Shown piece by piece: positions 12,105 through 24,339 of a stretch of 64,000 nucleotides of DNA. Source of the DNA: Chrysomallon squamiferum (lineage: Eukaryota; Animalia; Mollusca); contig CM022666.1 in assembly GCA_012295275.1 (NCBI GenBank), positions 11,222,001-11,286,000 on the forward strand, in the 5' to 3' direction. Made by a program: the position numbers and the translations under genes. How positions within the stretch are numbered: the stretch's first letter is position 1; each line of letters starts with the position of its first letter. Below the pieces are notes generated by a model. It worked only from the letters and a program-made list of their open reading frames with translations. It was not told where the DNA came from and did no database searches.

Positions 12105-13170
12105 CTGGTTCTAGTGTTTTACCACTGTAATAACAGCAGACAGGTGGTCTATATCTGACAATGATAAATATGGGTATCACACTAGTGTCCTCACCAAATA
12201 TATGGGTATCTAAAAAAACAACAATGGACATATTGTCAATGTCTGAGAACAATTTGGGTATCCCCAGTGTTTTTCCACAACAACAGCAGAAAATGTCATT
12301 AAACTACATTGCTGAGTTCCAGTGATAAACAGATGGTGTTATGTGGTATATGAAATGAATGGGGGGAAAGAGAAAGAAGAAAGAGTATTAATACATGTGG
12401 TCAATGTCTGACAACAATAAATATGGGTATTGGTGGTGTTTTTTTGAAGCCACTACAACAACAAGACATGTTCAATATGTTGCCTTGGGTGACATGCAAT
12501 CAATTAAAAAGGTAATTGCTAGTGTTGTGCAATGTAACAATACATATGTGTCCAGTACAACAGCAGACAACAATAAATATGGGTGATTGGTGGTGTTTTA
12601 CCACTTAAACAACAGTAGACATGTGGTCAATGTCTGACAACAATAAATATGGATATCATGTGATATTTGGTGTTTACTGACTTTAGCAGCATCCCATGAC
12701 ATGGCCAAGGTCTGACAAAAACTAAGAAGGTAATCACTCTTTGTTCTACCCACTGCTGCCTTGGGTGACATGCAGTCAGTGTTTAAAATTCAGCAATTTA
12801 AAAATGTAATTGCTTTTGTGTTTCTTCTTTTCTTACCAATATAACAATACATGACATGTGTCCAGTGTGTGACAACAGTTGAAAAGGTAATCGCTATTGT
12901 TTTACCACTGTAACAACAGGTGAGATGTGGCCAATGTCTGATGCTGAGTAAACTGGTTATCCATTGTGCTTTGTCACTGGAACAATTTTCTAATATAAAT
13001 GAATTAACTATTGAGAATTTTTTGTTTTGTTTTTAATGTTCATTAAAATATCACTAGTTCCTATTTTTGACAAGAACATGTGATATTTGACCAATGTCTT
13101 TCAGTGACTAAAATAGCTATCTCTAGTGCTTTGTGCTAGAAGAACATGTGACCAAGGTCTGATAAAACCC
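12105..13170. repeat. Old, degenerate array of the same 69-bp satellite family
   Basis: ctagtgttttaccactgtaataacagcagaca, atgtctgacaacaataaatatgggtat and ttttaccact motifs recur in the same orientation as 1-1695, fading rightwards. Traces also occur at 13680-13800. Confidence 0.85.
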
Positions 13171-15434
13171 ACTGAAACCTAATGTCTCCTCTTTAATTCA
13201 TGAAGTCCCACACTGAAGCAGGCTCTCAAAAGACCACTTTTGAAACATCACTTCTTAAATGAAATTCAGCTTATGCTCCATTTATATTCAAATGAAGACA
13301 GTCTTTTTTTGTTTTTTTTTTTTTTTTTTTCTATGTTTCCTTCTTTTATCCCTGTAAAACATAGCATAATCTTATATAAAGCCATAAAGTGCTTTGAGCC
13401 TGCACTGAGGATGAACAGGCACAAAAAATGTTGCCAGTGCTGAAAAAAACTGCAAATGAGTTTACAAATTTTCTATAATTCCAATTTTTTACCAAATGAA
13501 TGAAAATAGATGAAACTGACATAGAGCAAGGTATTACTGTAATAGTTTTAAAAAAAATTTAAACTGGTTATTCTAAAATGTTAAAATATTAAAATGTAAC
13601 AGGTAAAAATATATTTAATAAAAATATGAATTAATTGACAGTGGTGGATGAAATCCTGAGAATTTTTTGTTTTGTTTTTAATGTTCATCCCAAACATGTA
13701 TAGATTATTCCTGTTTTTGACTGTAACAGATGACATATGACCAATGTTTTTCAGTGATTAAACTGGTCACTCCTGGTGTTTTGTGCTAGAAATTCTGAAA
13801 CCTAGTAGGTATCTCTCATATCAGGTATTTTATGACTTTAATAATGGGGTTATTTTATGATTTAAAATTATTCTACAGACCTGCTATACAAACACAAAGA
13901 TAACTGAATTATTGCTGATCAATATAAACTTTTATAAAATTCTGAAAGTGTTTGTCACATCTGTATAAATCCGCTGGAAAGTTCATTTTTATGATTGTAT
14001 AAAATCAACTTAACATCCCCTCTACTGAGGTGGGCTTTCATCATCTAACAGCAAACAATTAACTAATAATAAACAAACCTGTTGTAATTCTATGTATAAT
14101 ACAGGTTAAAATTGTGACCAAAAAATGTCAGGATCTTTACAATAAAAAATGTCCTGAACATTTATGTCATTGAGATAAAAATAGTATGAGGATTAAATAA
14201 AAATATTTCCTATGCATTCCCCTCAAAAAATATTAAATAAAGGTTACTAAGATAAATGTTAGATGACTGGCTAGCCACTGGCTATCATCCAAAGCAAGGA
14301 GAACTTAGATGAGTCTGCATTCTGACACACTGACTAGTCAGACTGACAGTTCCAGATAAAAAACAGTGTGAGCATACACAAAGAACAAACAGGTGATAAA
14401 AGGTTACAATTAAAAGAGAGATGAAATTTTTTTTTTTTTTTTTTTAAATAAAAATAATAAAAAATAATATCCATTCATGTTTTTGGAAATAAATTTAAAA
14501 TAAAGTATTTTATTTCTGAATCATTCAAAGTTAATAACTTAAAAGGCTGTATTATTATTCTGTATATGTGGGAATGGGTTAAATTATCACTAATATTTAA
14601 ATTTAAAAAGCACTGAAAAGGTACTTTTATACTAATGTTGCCCATGTGGAACAGCACAAATTTTAAGCATTTTTTATTAATATTTTTAATTTTAATTTTA
14701 ATATATAATTTTTTAAATGTATATAGAGTTTAAAACTGTAACTAAAAATAAATAAAATGTTAAAAGACTTGCAATTAAAACAACATTTATAACAAATATG
14801 TGAACTTTTAATACAGTAATTCATTACTTAACAAATGTTACATTTAAGACTGCTATGAAGTCAATTATTTTAAAACTACTTTAATTCATATTAATGCTGT
14901 GTTTGTGTTTCTGTAAATTATTATTAATATACCATTGTACTTACTACGTGTTTACTATATAAAAAACAAACTCTTCAGATAAAAATAAAAAAATATATAT
15001 TATCCAATTAAAAAAATCTATACTCTTTAAACAGTATTGTTCAACTATGGTATTTAAATTAAGTTAAAACAGTTCATGTCAGAAACTACATTTAATATAC
15101 TGAATTTTTAAAATTATTTTAATAAAAGAGTTTCTCTCTTTAAAGACTTTCTTTAGTTTTCTTTATGCACATGTGTGTGCATGTGTTTGCTTGTAATAAT
15201 TGTAACTGATCTGCTAGGACATTTTACTTCAAACAGAACAGCAAAAACATGATCTTTGATTTATGTGGAACTGAATACTGTATGTGAGTAAAACAAACAG
15301 TGGTGTTTAAAAAAGCACTAACTGTATAAAAAAGAACTTGCAGAGATTTACAAATTAACTTTTAGTAACTTGTCAACAGTACATTAACTGACAGTTTTCC
15401 ATTAGAACAATAATTATTATTTATTTTATTGTAG

Positions 15435-15622
15435 TGTTATGTTTTAACATTAAAACAATAAGTTCATTTAATTTCCAAATAATTTATTTCGTTTCAAAAA
15501 TTGCTACTAACAAAACTGACGCATGCTCCCGGTGACTTCATATATAATCTGTCCCTTCTTCCGGTTCCCTTAAACATCGTAAACTGTAACAATGTTAACT
15601 ATAACACCATTTAAATACAACA
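15435..15622 (-). repeat. 3' LTR, preceded by polypurine tract GGAGGGGAGGAAG (15623-15635)
   Basis: 188-bp direct repeat; cttcctcccctcc abuts it on the + strand. Confidence 0.95.
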
Positions 15623-15941
15623 CTTCCTCCCCTCCAAATTTTCAATTTACCCATAAATTATGTTATATGTAAATTTCTAAAATAAATTTGTTTGATTTAC
15701 TAATTAGTAATAATTAAACAATGGAACTTTAAACTTAAAAAATAAACTTTTTTTTTTTTTTTTTTTTTTTGGACACCCTAATATTTCAATTACAGTTTAT
15801 CAAGTATGTTCATTGGTCACGTATGGAACTTCAAATCACAAATATTATTCTTAAAAACAAAAATATATAATACAAAAAAATAACACTAATTCTACAATCT
15901 TTCAATGAATTCCGTATTACACATATTCAGATTAAATCACT

Positions 15942-18900
15942 TTAAATAGTTTCTATCAGTCTTTGAGGTGTTTTTCGAGCACGTCTAGGGTATCTTAGGG
16001 TAGACGGTATTGGTAGTTGCGGTACATCGTCAACAGTATCGTCGATGGCATTAGAAGCATCCTCTACGGCATTAGAAGTAACCGTTCTATTTTCGATCTC
16101 AGTCTCTTCCACCTGAACAGTTGGTTCAACAAATTCCATTTCAGACTCCGTACCAATTGCAGACAGTTCTGGGAACGGGTTCCTATTATCCTCCAAATGC
16201 ACACATTTACGAAGTTGATCCACATGTCTTTTACACACAAAATCTCCAATTTTCACTCTGTAGGTAACAGGCCCTAGCTGACACAGTACTTTTCCACTCA
16301 ACCACTTGTCAGATCCTCTGTAGTTCCTCACTTGTACTGAATCTCCAACATTGAACACCCGTGTTTTACTTGCTTTTGGAATAGTTCTTTTTTTAACAGA
16401 GTTCTCCAAACTTGGACGCAAAATATCCAATCTCGTTCGAACACGTCTGCCAAGAAACAATTCTGATGGAGTACATTTTGTAGTAAAGTGTGGAGTGTTC
16501 CGATACGCAAACAAGAATGATGAAATCTTCTGGTTCATGGTTCGTGACTCATGTTGAACTGTTTTCATTGCAGTTTTGAAAGTACAAACCGCTCTTTCTG
16601 CCTCACCATTTGAACTTGGATGGTATGGAGCTGATTTGATGTGTTTCACTCCATTTTTCTTAAGAAATGTTTCAAATTCCTCTGCAACAAACTGAGGTCC
16701 ATTATCAGAAATCAACTGCTCTGGCATTCCATAACTTGCAAAGAGATTTCTCAATGTCTCTACTGCATGCGTTGTCGCTCTGGTACTGGGCATTCGAAAA
16801 ACTTCCATCCATTTAGAATGTGCATCCACCACAATCATGAACATTTCTTTCATAAATGGCCCAGCAAAATCAACATGTATTCTTTGCCATGGTTTGGTGG
16901 GCCAAATCCATGCATTAGCTGTACTTTTTGGCATGACTGTTTGTTGTAGTTGGCAACACTTACACTTGCTAACTTTCTTTTCTATGTCAATATCCATATG
17001 AGGCCACCACACATGCAATCTAGCCAAAGATTTCATTCGCACAATTCCAGGATGATTTTCATGAAGATAATACAGAATATCTGTTCGATATTTATCGGGA
17101 ATAATCACTCGCATTCCTCTGAGAAGACAGTTTTCCTCCACGGTTAATTCATCTTTCACTCTGAAATAAGGTAACAGCTCCGGTGAAATAGAAGACTCTT
17201 CTGGCCATCCATACATGTTATAATGTACAACCCGAGATAATACTTTGTCAACTGCAGTTGCTTTAGCAATATGTCTTGCAGTGATAGGTAATCCATTGAC
17301 TTGATTTCTCATTGCTTGCTTGTCTTCATGCCAAAACACAATTTCAGATATTTCTTCAGTTTGCAGAAGTGGTAGTCAGGACAGTGCATCAGCATTTCCA
17401 TTTTTGGTAGTTTTTCTGTATTTAATGTCAAACTGATATGCGGCTAACTGAATAGCCCAACGCTGTAGTCGAGAGGCTGTCAGAACTGGAATATTCTTTT
17501 TAGGTCCAAGAATCATTGTCAGTGGTTTATGATCTGTGAACAAAGTAAATCTTCTACCATACAGGTACTGATGGAACTTGTGTATTCCAAAAATTATTGC
17601 CAGTGCTTCTTTCTCAATTTGGGAATACTTGTATTCTGCTGATGTCAGAGTTCTAGAAGCGTATGCTATTGGCCTATCTGATTTTTCATTTCCATGTGAT
17701 ATTACCACTCCAAGACCATGCGCAGATGCATCTACTGCCAACATTACTGGTTTCATTGGGTCATAGTGGACAAGAATTTTAGATGATGCTAACAGTTTTC
17801 CCACTTTGGAAAATGCTTGCTGACAATCATCACTCCATTTCCACTCTGTATCTTTGGTTAACAACGCTGTTAGCGGTGCCACCACTGTTGACATGTTGGG
17901 TACAAACTTGCGATAGTAATTCACAATACCTAACCAAGATTGCAACTCACTCTTGTTCTTAGGTTCAGGCACTTTCAGAATAGCTTCAACTTTTCTTTCA
18001 GAAGGTTGAATCCCATTTTTGTTCACAATAAATGCAAAGTACTCAACTTCATCTTTCATCAATGCACATTTTGACCTTTTCAGTTGAATTCCATATTTTT
18101 CTAGGCGTTTCAAAGTCTTTTTCAAATGTTTCAAGTGTTCGGTGTCATCCTTTCCAGTGACTATGATGTCATCCAAAATGTAACCTACCCCTTTTAGCCC
18201 TTGAAGCACTTTGTCCATAGTTTGTTGAAAAATAGCAGGTGCTGCAGCAACTCCAAATGGCAACCTTGTATAGCGATAAAGCCCAAGGTGAGTATTGATT
18301 GTGACATAGTTCCTCGACTTTTCATCAAGCAACACTTGCTGGTATGCATGTGACAAATCCAGTTTGGAGAACTTTTGTCCTCCATTGAGTTTGCTGAAAA
18401 TGTCTTCTGCAGTGGGCAAAGGGTACTCAGGCACTTCCAACAGGATTTATGGTAACCTTGTAATCGCCACAAATGCGAATGGTATTGTCAGGTTTTAAAA
18501 CAGGTACAATAGGAGAAGCCCATTCAGAAAAATCTACCTTTTCTAGAATTCCTTCTGCTTCAAGTCTGTGCAGTTCATCAGCTATCTTTTCCTTCAAAGC
18601 ATAAGGTACTGGTCTAGCCTTGAAAAACTTTGGAGTAGCATCCTCTTTCACTTTCAGATGAGCTCTTATGCCTTTTACTGTTCCCAACTTATTTGAAAAA
18701 ACTGAGTATCTACTGAACAAATCTTCAGAGTTTCCACAGGCTTTCATAATCTTAATACTGTTCCAGTCCAACTGAATGTTTTGGAACCAATTCCGCCCAA
18801 ACAAAGTTGGTCCATTTCCTTTCACCACAATTAAAGGTAAAAGTTTTTTCTGCTTTCCATATTTAACACCTCAATTTTCCCAAGAACTGGCACCACTTCA

Positions 18901-20075
18901 TCAGTATAAGTTTTCAACACAATCGATGTTGATTTCAATGGCACTGTTTTCTTCAATTTTTCCTGATAAACCTTATTAGAAATTATGGATACAGAAGCAC
19001 CTGTATCTACTTCCATTTTGAAAGGCACACCATTGAGTTCCAATGAAATTTGAATTTCTTTCGCTTTCGTAGATTTCACTGTGAAAATTGACGTTTCAGA
19101 ATCACTTTCATTCCTTTCCATTGCAACCTCTTTATTTTCAAGAACAGCTTTTATAATTTCTGATTCAGTTTCGTTACTTCCAGATTCTTCCTGAACGTCA
19201 TGAATTTTTAAACCTGTTTCAGATTCAGCATTTTCAATTTCAGAATCACTGGGACCACTTTCTGATTCCGTAAGGTCCCTATCAGAATCTTGATTCACAA
19301 CATTCAGTTTAGAATTTTTCTTTTTCAACTTTGGAAATTTCTTTTTTCCTTTTTCCAGCTGTTTGCTTTCCTGTCTTTCTATTTTTTTCTTTTGATTTCG
19401 ACATTTTCTACTCAAATGTCCTGTTTCATTACACGTATAACAGTTTGCCTTTTTGTAAAAACATGCATCAGGATGATGATTAGTTTTACCGCACCGGAAG
19501 CATTCAATGACAGAAACTTTGTGGAACTTTTCCGTTTCTGACTTCATTCCAATTTTCAGCATGTCAGTTTCTCTAGCTGCCATTTCCATACTAACAGCTA
19601 TTTGCAATGCTTTACTCAGTGATAAGTCATGTTCAGAGAGAAGTTTTTTCTGTATAGACTTTTCAGACAGACCACAGACCAAAATGTCTCTTAATGCTTC
19701 AGTCAAAAATGCACCAAATTCACAATGTTCTGTCAATTTTCTTAATTCAGCCAAAAATTCACTTACAGTCTCTCCGGGCTCTTGTTTCCGTTGATAGAAT
19801 TTGAACCGTTCCGCAATCACCAAAGGTTTTGGTTTGAGATGATTTCCTATCAAAGTTTTCAATTGTTCGTAAGTCTTATTTGCCGGTTTCTCAGGTGAAG
19901 TCAGATTTCGAATCAACCTGTAAGTCTTGGCACCACATACGGACAACAAAATGGAACGTTTCTTTTCGGCATCGTCTACATCATTCGCCAGCAGATACTG
20001 TTCCAAACGTTCGATGTATTCATCCCAATCGGAACTTTCTAGATCAAACTCTTCAACTTTACCGTAGGTAGCCAT
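15942..20075 (-). pseudogene. Gypsy gag-pol, broken by two frameshifts (~18868, ~18440) and one in-frame TGA (17376-17378)
   Basis: Gag has two CCHC knuckles (CFRCGKTNHHPDAC, CYTCNETGHLSRKC); protease VDTGAS; RT RICGDYK/KLDLSHAY/LPFG/ILDD; RNase H VDAS..YSQIEKEALA; integrase HHCC plus D(VDFAGP), D(SDNGPQF), E(NGEAER). Confidence 0.95.
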
Positions 20076-20118
20076 ATTTCATAAATAGTTAATTTCAGGA
20101 AACAGTTCAATAAGTGTT

Positions 20119-20136
20119 ATCCCATCCTCGTCGCCA
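20119..20136 (-). promoter_or_regulatory. Primer binding site complementary to the 3' end of tRNA-Ser(GCU)
   Basis: The minus strand reads TGGCGACGAGGATGGGAT, 2 nt inside the 5' LTR. The + strand ATCCCATCCTCGTCGCCA equals the metazoan tRNA-Ser(GCT) 3' end as recalled. Confidence 0.88.
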
Positions 20137-20138
20137 AT

Positions 20139-20326
20139 TGTTATGTTTTAACATTAAAACAATAAGTTCATTTAATTTCCAAATAATTTATTTCGTTTCA
20201 AAAATTGCTACTAACAAAACTGACGCATGCTCCCGGTGACTTCATATATAATCTGTCCCTTCTTCCGGTTCCCTTAAACATCGTAAACTGTAACAATGTT
20301 AACTATAACACCATTTAAATACAACA
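20139..20326 (-). repeat. 5' LTR
   Basis: 188-bp direct repeat of 15435-15622, adjacent to the PBS. Confidence 0.95.
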
Positions 20327-20820
20327 GTAGTAAAATATATTCTTGTGACTGGTGGATTGGTGAAAAAATGTAAACATGTATGATAAAGTGGATATACCAT
20401 GTCAAAAAAATTAAATTAAATTAAAAAAATTGAAAGGAGAAAATAGGAGAGAAAAACATCTTTTTAGGATTTTGTGAGATTAAAAACCATGAATAGCATT
20501 AAAAACATGACTCCACATATTCATATAAAGAAAATCAAATGAGGTCTCTAAAGAACAGTAAACAAGTAGTAAAACTGCTTCATAATAACTGTAATACAAC
20601 ATTACTAATATTATACAACATAAATTACTGTTATAATAAAAATATATTTGTTCACTTACAGAGACCATACAGAAATGTATCAATGAGTCTCAAGTCACAA
20701 GTTTTGGTAGTCTTTTTTCTTCCACATTTCATTCCTGCATTCTCTGACTATATGCATTGTGTTTTGTTGACGGCTTTCAAATGACTGTCTTCAATCCATG
20801 AAATAACTAGCAAAAGAAAA

Positions 20821-20968
20821 ATGTTCTTACTGTATAACTAATTATTGAGAAATTACAACAAATAATTATAAAATTAAAAGCATTTTTCCAATGTTCTTAT
20901 TGTATAACTAATTATTGAGAAATTACAACAAATAATTATAAAATTAAAAGCATTTTTCCAATGTTCTT
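20821..20968. repeat. Near-perfect 70-bp tandem duplication
   Basis: atgttctta.tgtataactaattattgagaaattacaacaaataattataaaattaaaagcatttttcca occurs twice, plus a partial third unit. Confidence 0.95.
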
Positions 20969-22130
20969 TAAAATGAAATAGGAGGAAAAGAAGAAATGGT
21001 TATAAAAAAAATATTAACTGAATGGTACAAACCTTGTTTTAAATATTACTTTTTACTGACATTATTCTATTACCCAGTAATTATATATTTTATTTCATTA
21101 TATTTAATAATGTTAACCATATTATCACAGTTCAGTTTAAAAAAAAAACTTCTTAATTTTAATAAAATAAAATATAGAAATCGTATGGTGTTGTATGACT
21201 TACTCATGACAGAGCCTGTGCTTTATTAAATCTGCATTTCCAGAAGCTTTCATCAGTCATTTCTTCATTTTGTTTTTTTATTTCTGCAATAAGACTAAAA
21301 ACATATATAAATCAATTAGTTATAAAATGTTCATTTGAAGTAAATAAATACAGCTTGAAATGTTTTCAGCTATACATGTAAAGTTTAAATCAAAGTTATA
21401 CAGCACGCCAAGAAGTGCAAAAACAAGATTATAATTACACTATAAAAATCTTTGGGATGATTATCTGATAGTTTAGGATACAGTATCATTCACTAGTCAA
21501 TTTTTCTATACTCAGTAATCACTTAGTTTAATCTAAAATTCAGAAAATCTGAATATAAAATATCAAAATAAAAAATGACCAATTACTTGAAATTTAGACA
21601 ATATTTCAAAATTAAAAACTGCTGTCATCTTGTAATATTGAAAAAACAGTATTAGTAAAACTGAAAAGGGAGAAGATAAAAAAAAAATGTTATAATATGC
21701 CAAACAATCTTTCTGAATTACAAAGAATTAAATATGATATTTTTTTAGGAATTGCTAGTGACAAAAAATAAAAAGTATGATTATTAGCAAAGTACAAAAT
21801 TTAATTAATTGTAATTAAATTCAAAGTATGTTTACCTAAAGTTATGATGTGTTCATAATTTGCAACTTTTAAAAAAATATTTTTTCTTAAAATTGACTGG
21901 CTAGTAAAACTGTCATGTCAGTTGAACTGTCATTTTGAAAATCAATAATGACACAAGGTGATAAACAACTCACCGTGCCAAGCCAGGTCTCTGCAGAGAT
22001 TTAATTAAACAGCTTCACTAATTACATTTCACGCTGTATCAAACAATGGCCCACTGTGTTAACCATTTTCTACCATCCAATCAGAAGTTCAGAACAGTGA
22101 TATCAGTTCACCTGTACCCATAAACTGATT

Positions 22131-22173
<43 letters not shown>

Positions 22174-22303
22174 GCCCAAGTGAAAAAAAAAAATTATTTG
22201 TTTATATTTGTTATTCTTATTTATTTATTGTTTGTGTAGGTGAGTGTGCGCGCGCGCGCTTTCTATTTATTATTATTATTATTTAAAAAAAAATTATTAA
22301 TTA

Positions 22304-22343
<40 letters not shown>

Positions 22344-23892
22344 TAAATTATTTACCCATTTAATTTCATTCAGTTCTTAACTGCCAAGACACATGCTATA
22401 TTTTCCAGTAATTTCGGCCATTTTTATGAAAACTGCATTGTCATTTATTATTATCATTATTACCATATTTAGTGTGCACTCAGAAATGCCGAACCTAATG
22501 ATAATGCAAAGAATTATTAATTTCTAAAAATCTGTTAATTTTAATAACCATTTTATTTATTTTTTATTATTATTATTTTTTTTTTTTAACCATTTCTTTC
22601 AGACACATGTCAGTTAATAATACATATTGTATAAAAATAGAGATAGTTTTTGGAATTTTCAACAGTGATGCTCCCCTGACCTTGACCCACGTAACACAGA
22701 AACACACACACACACACACACGCACGCGCACACACACACATATATATATACTCTCTATTCTTATAATCCATATAAAGTGAATGAGTTTGTGCAATAATCT
22801 TTTCTAAATTTGTTTCAAGATACAACCTGTAGCTTATTAGTCAGCGGTAAAGTTTTCTGAAACAGCTGAGTAATGTATTACTATGAATTATTTTATAATT
22901 TTTGTATTTATTTATTTATTTATTTATTTATTTTATTATTTTTTTTTTTTTTTTTTTTTTTTTTTGAATGGGCTTGTTAACAATGAGTCAGAAAGATACC
23001 CATTTTCAAACATTAAATTAAAAAGTTTGACATGTAAATGCATCATTCAATCAATATTTCGCGCTATATAGTCATTAATTATATTTTGTTGCTGTTTGAT
23101 ATTTTTAATACTTTAAATATTTTATTTTCTAATTTTGAATTAAACTGTTACATTCTAAATCCGCTGTAAAGTCTGGTTCTGGAGTTTTTTATCTTTAAAG
23201 TTTATATCTTTAAAGTGTTGGTAAAATGTTTCTAAAGACAGGTGATTAAAGTCATGTTGTTGTGTTTTTACAGTTTCAAAAAAAACTCGCGCTTCATAAT
23301 TATTTGCTAAGGTCTATATGTCTTTATATGTCGTCCAATTATGTCTTCTTAAATGTTTTAGGTTCTTGTACTGTTTACAGGACTTTGGAAAGTCGTTGTT
23401 TGTAAACCATTGTTTTCCTATTTTTGTAAGCTGTATTTTATACTGAGTGGACCAAACCATGCCTTATAATGTTTATTATAACTAACTGGACAGAATATGG
23501 ATAGTAGCAAAATAGTGTCTGAAATGGAGAATCCATGCCTTACCAAAAATTTGATAGCTATGCCGATATGATCGAATACGAAATCCGAAGGTGAAATGAA
23601 AGATAAATCGACATGGGCTACAGATATTGAGATATCTTGGATACTGTGTTGTTATTCAGATGTCTACAGAGGAAAATTAGTTAAAATAGTATTCGTAGGT
23701 GTGTGTTGTATCTCCCATGCTTGATAAGAATTTGGTATGTATTTGAAACCGGAGCTGCCATGAGCACTTTAACCAGGTCAGTTAACAAGGGAAAAATTTG
23801 TCTTTTTATTTGGTTTTAAGCCCAGTGTGTTGGGTTCCAGTTTGAATAATGCTTTCTGATAAACTTGTATCACATGACTTGTGTTGTATTTT

Positions 23893-23927
<35 letters not shown>

Positions 23928-24339
23928 ACACAAATACTTCAAATCCAACAGGTTTTCAAAGGAATTGTTAATAGCCAGAAGGTTTTTCATTAGGACACAA
24001 CGCATAAGAGAAATAATTCGGACATGCCAGGGAATCCAAGACTGCAGTTTCAACGTAGTTTTACTTGCATGAATTAACTGAAATGGCTTAATACTGATAT
24101 CATTAATCTTGCCTCTGGTATTACTACAGCAATTACTAAAACTGATACTACACATGCTAATCATCATTATTGCTATGATATTGACAACAGCTACTATTAC
24201 TACAAGTATATTGCTAACAACAACAACTATACTAATACTTAATTAATCTGACTACTATTATAATAAGTAACTACTAATAGTATTAGTACTACATATACTA
24301 TTGATAATATGACTGCTATGGTACTCATGGTACAACAAT

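Larger units (their letters stand above)
15435..20326 (-). mobile_element. Full-length Ty3/Gypsy LTR retrotransposon (Mag-like, single gag-pol frame), ~4.9 kb
   Basis: Identical 188-bp TG...CA LTRs at 15435-15622 and 20139-20326; GTAG TSD (15431-15434 and 20327-20330); PBS and PPT present; domain order gag-PR-RT-RH-IN. Confidence 0.97.
4191..22111 (-). pseudogene. Cryptic multi-exon minus-strand locus (decayed protein gene or spliced lncRNA); product not recognised
   Basis: Exon-like blocks bounded by pyrimidine-tract AG and GT donors: 22111-21974, 21294-21204, 20806-20660, 6633-6517, 6318-6229, 5370-5293, 4217-4191. Phases join into one frame ending ...AQNEITFRKTYLKKISKIFQQHQKYL|VKNNIVWK*, with about 15 internal stops, mostly TGA. 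Confidence 0.6.

Noticed and set aside
16017-20071. Plus-strand and alternate-frame ORFs inside the Gypsy element; programmed frameshifting
   Set aside because: These are antisense shadows. The breaks fall inside PR and RT and look like small deletions, not slippery sites.
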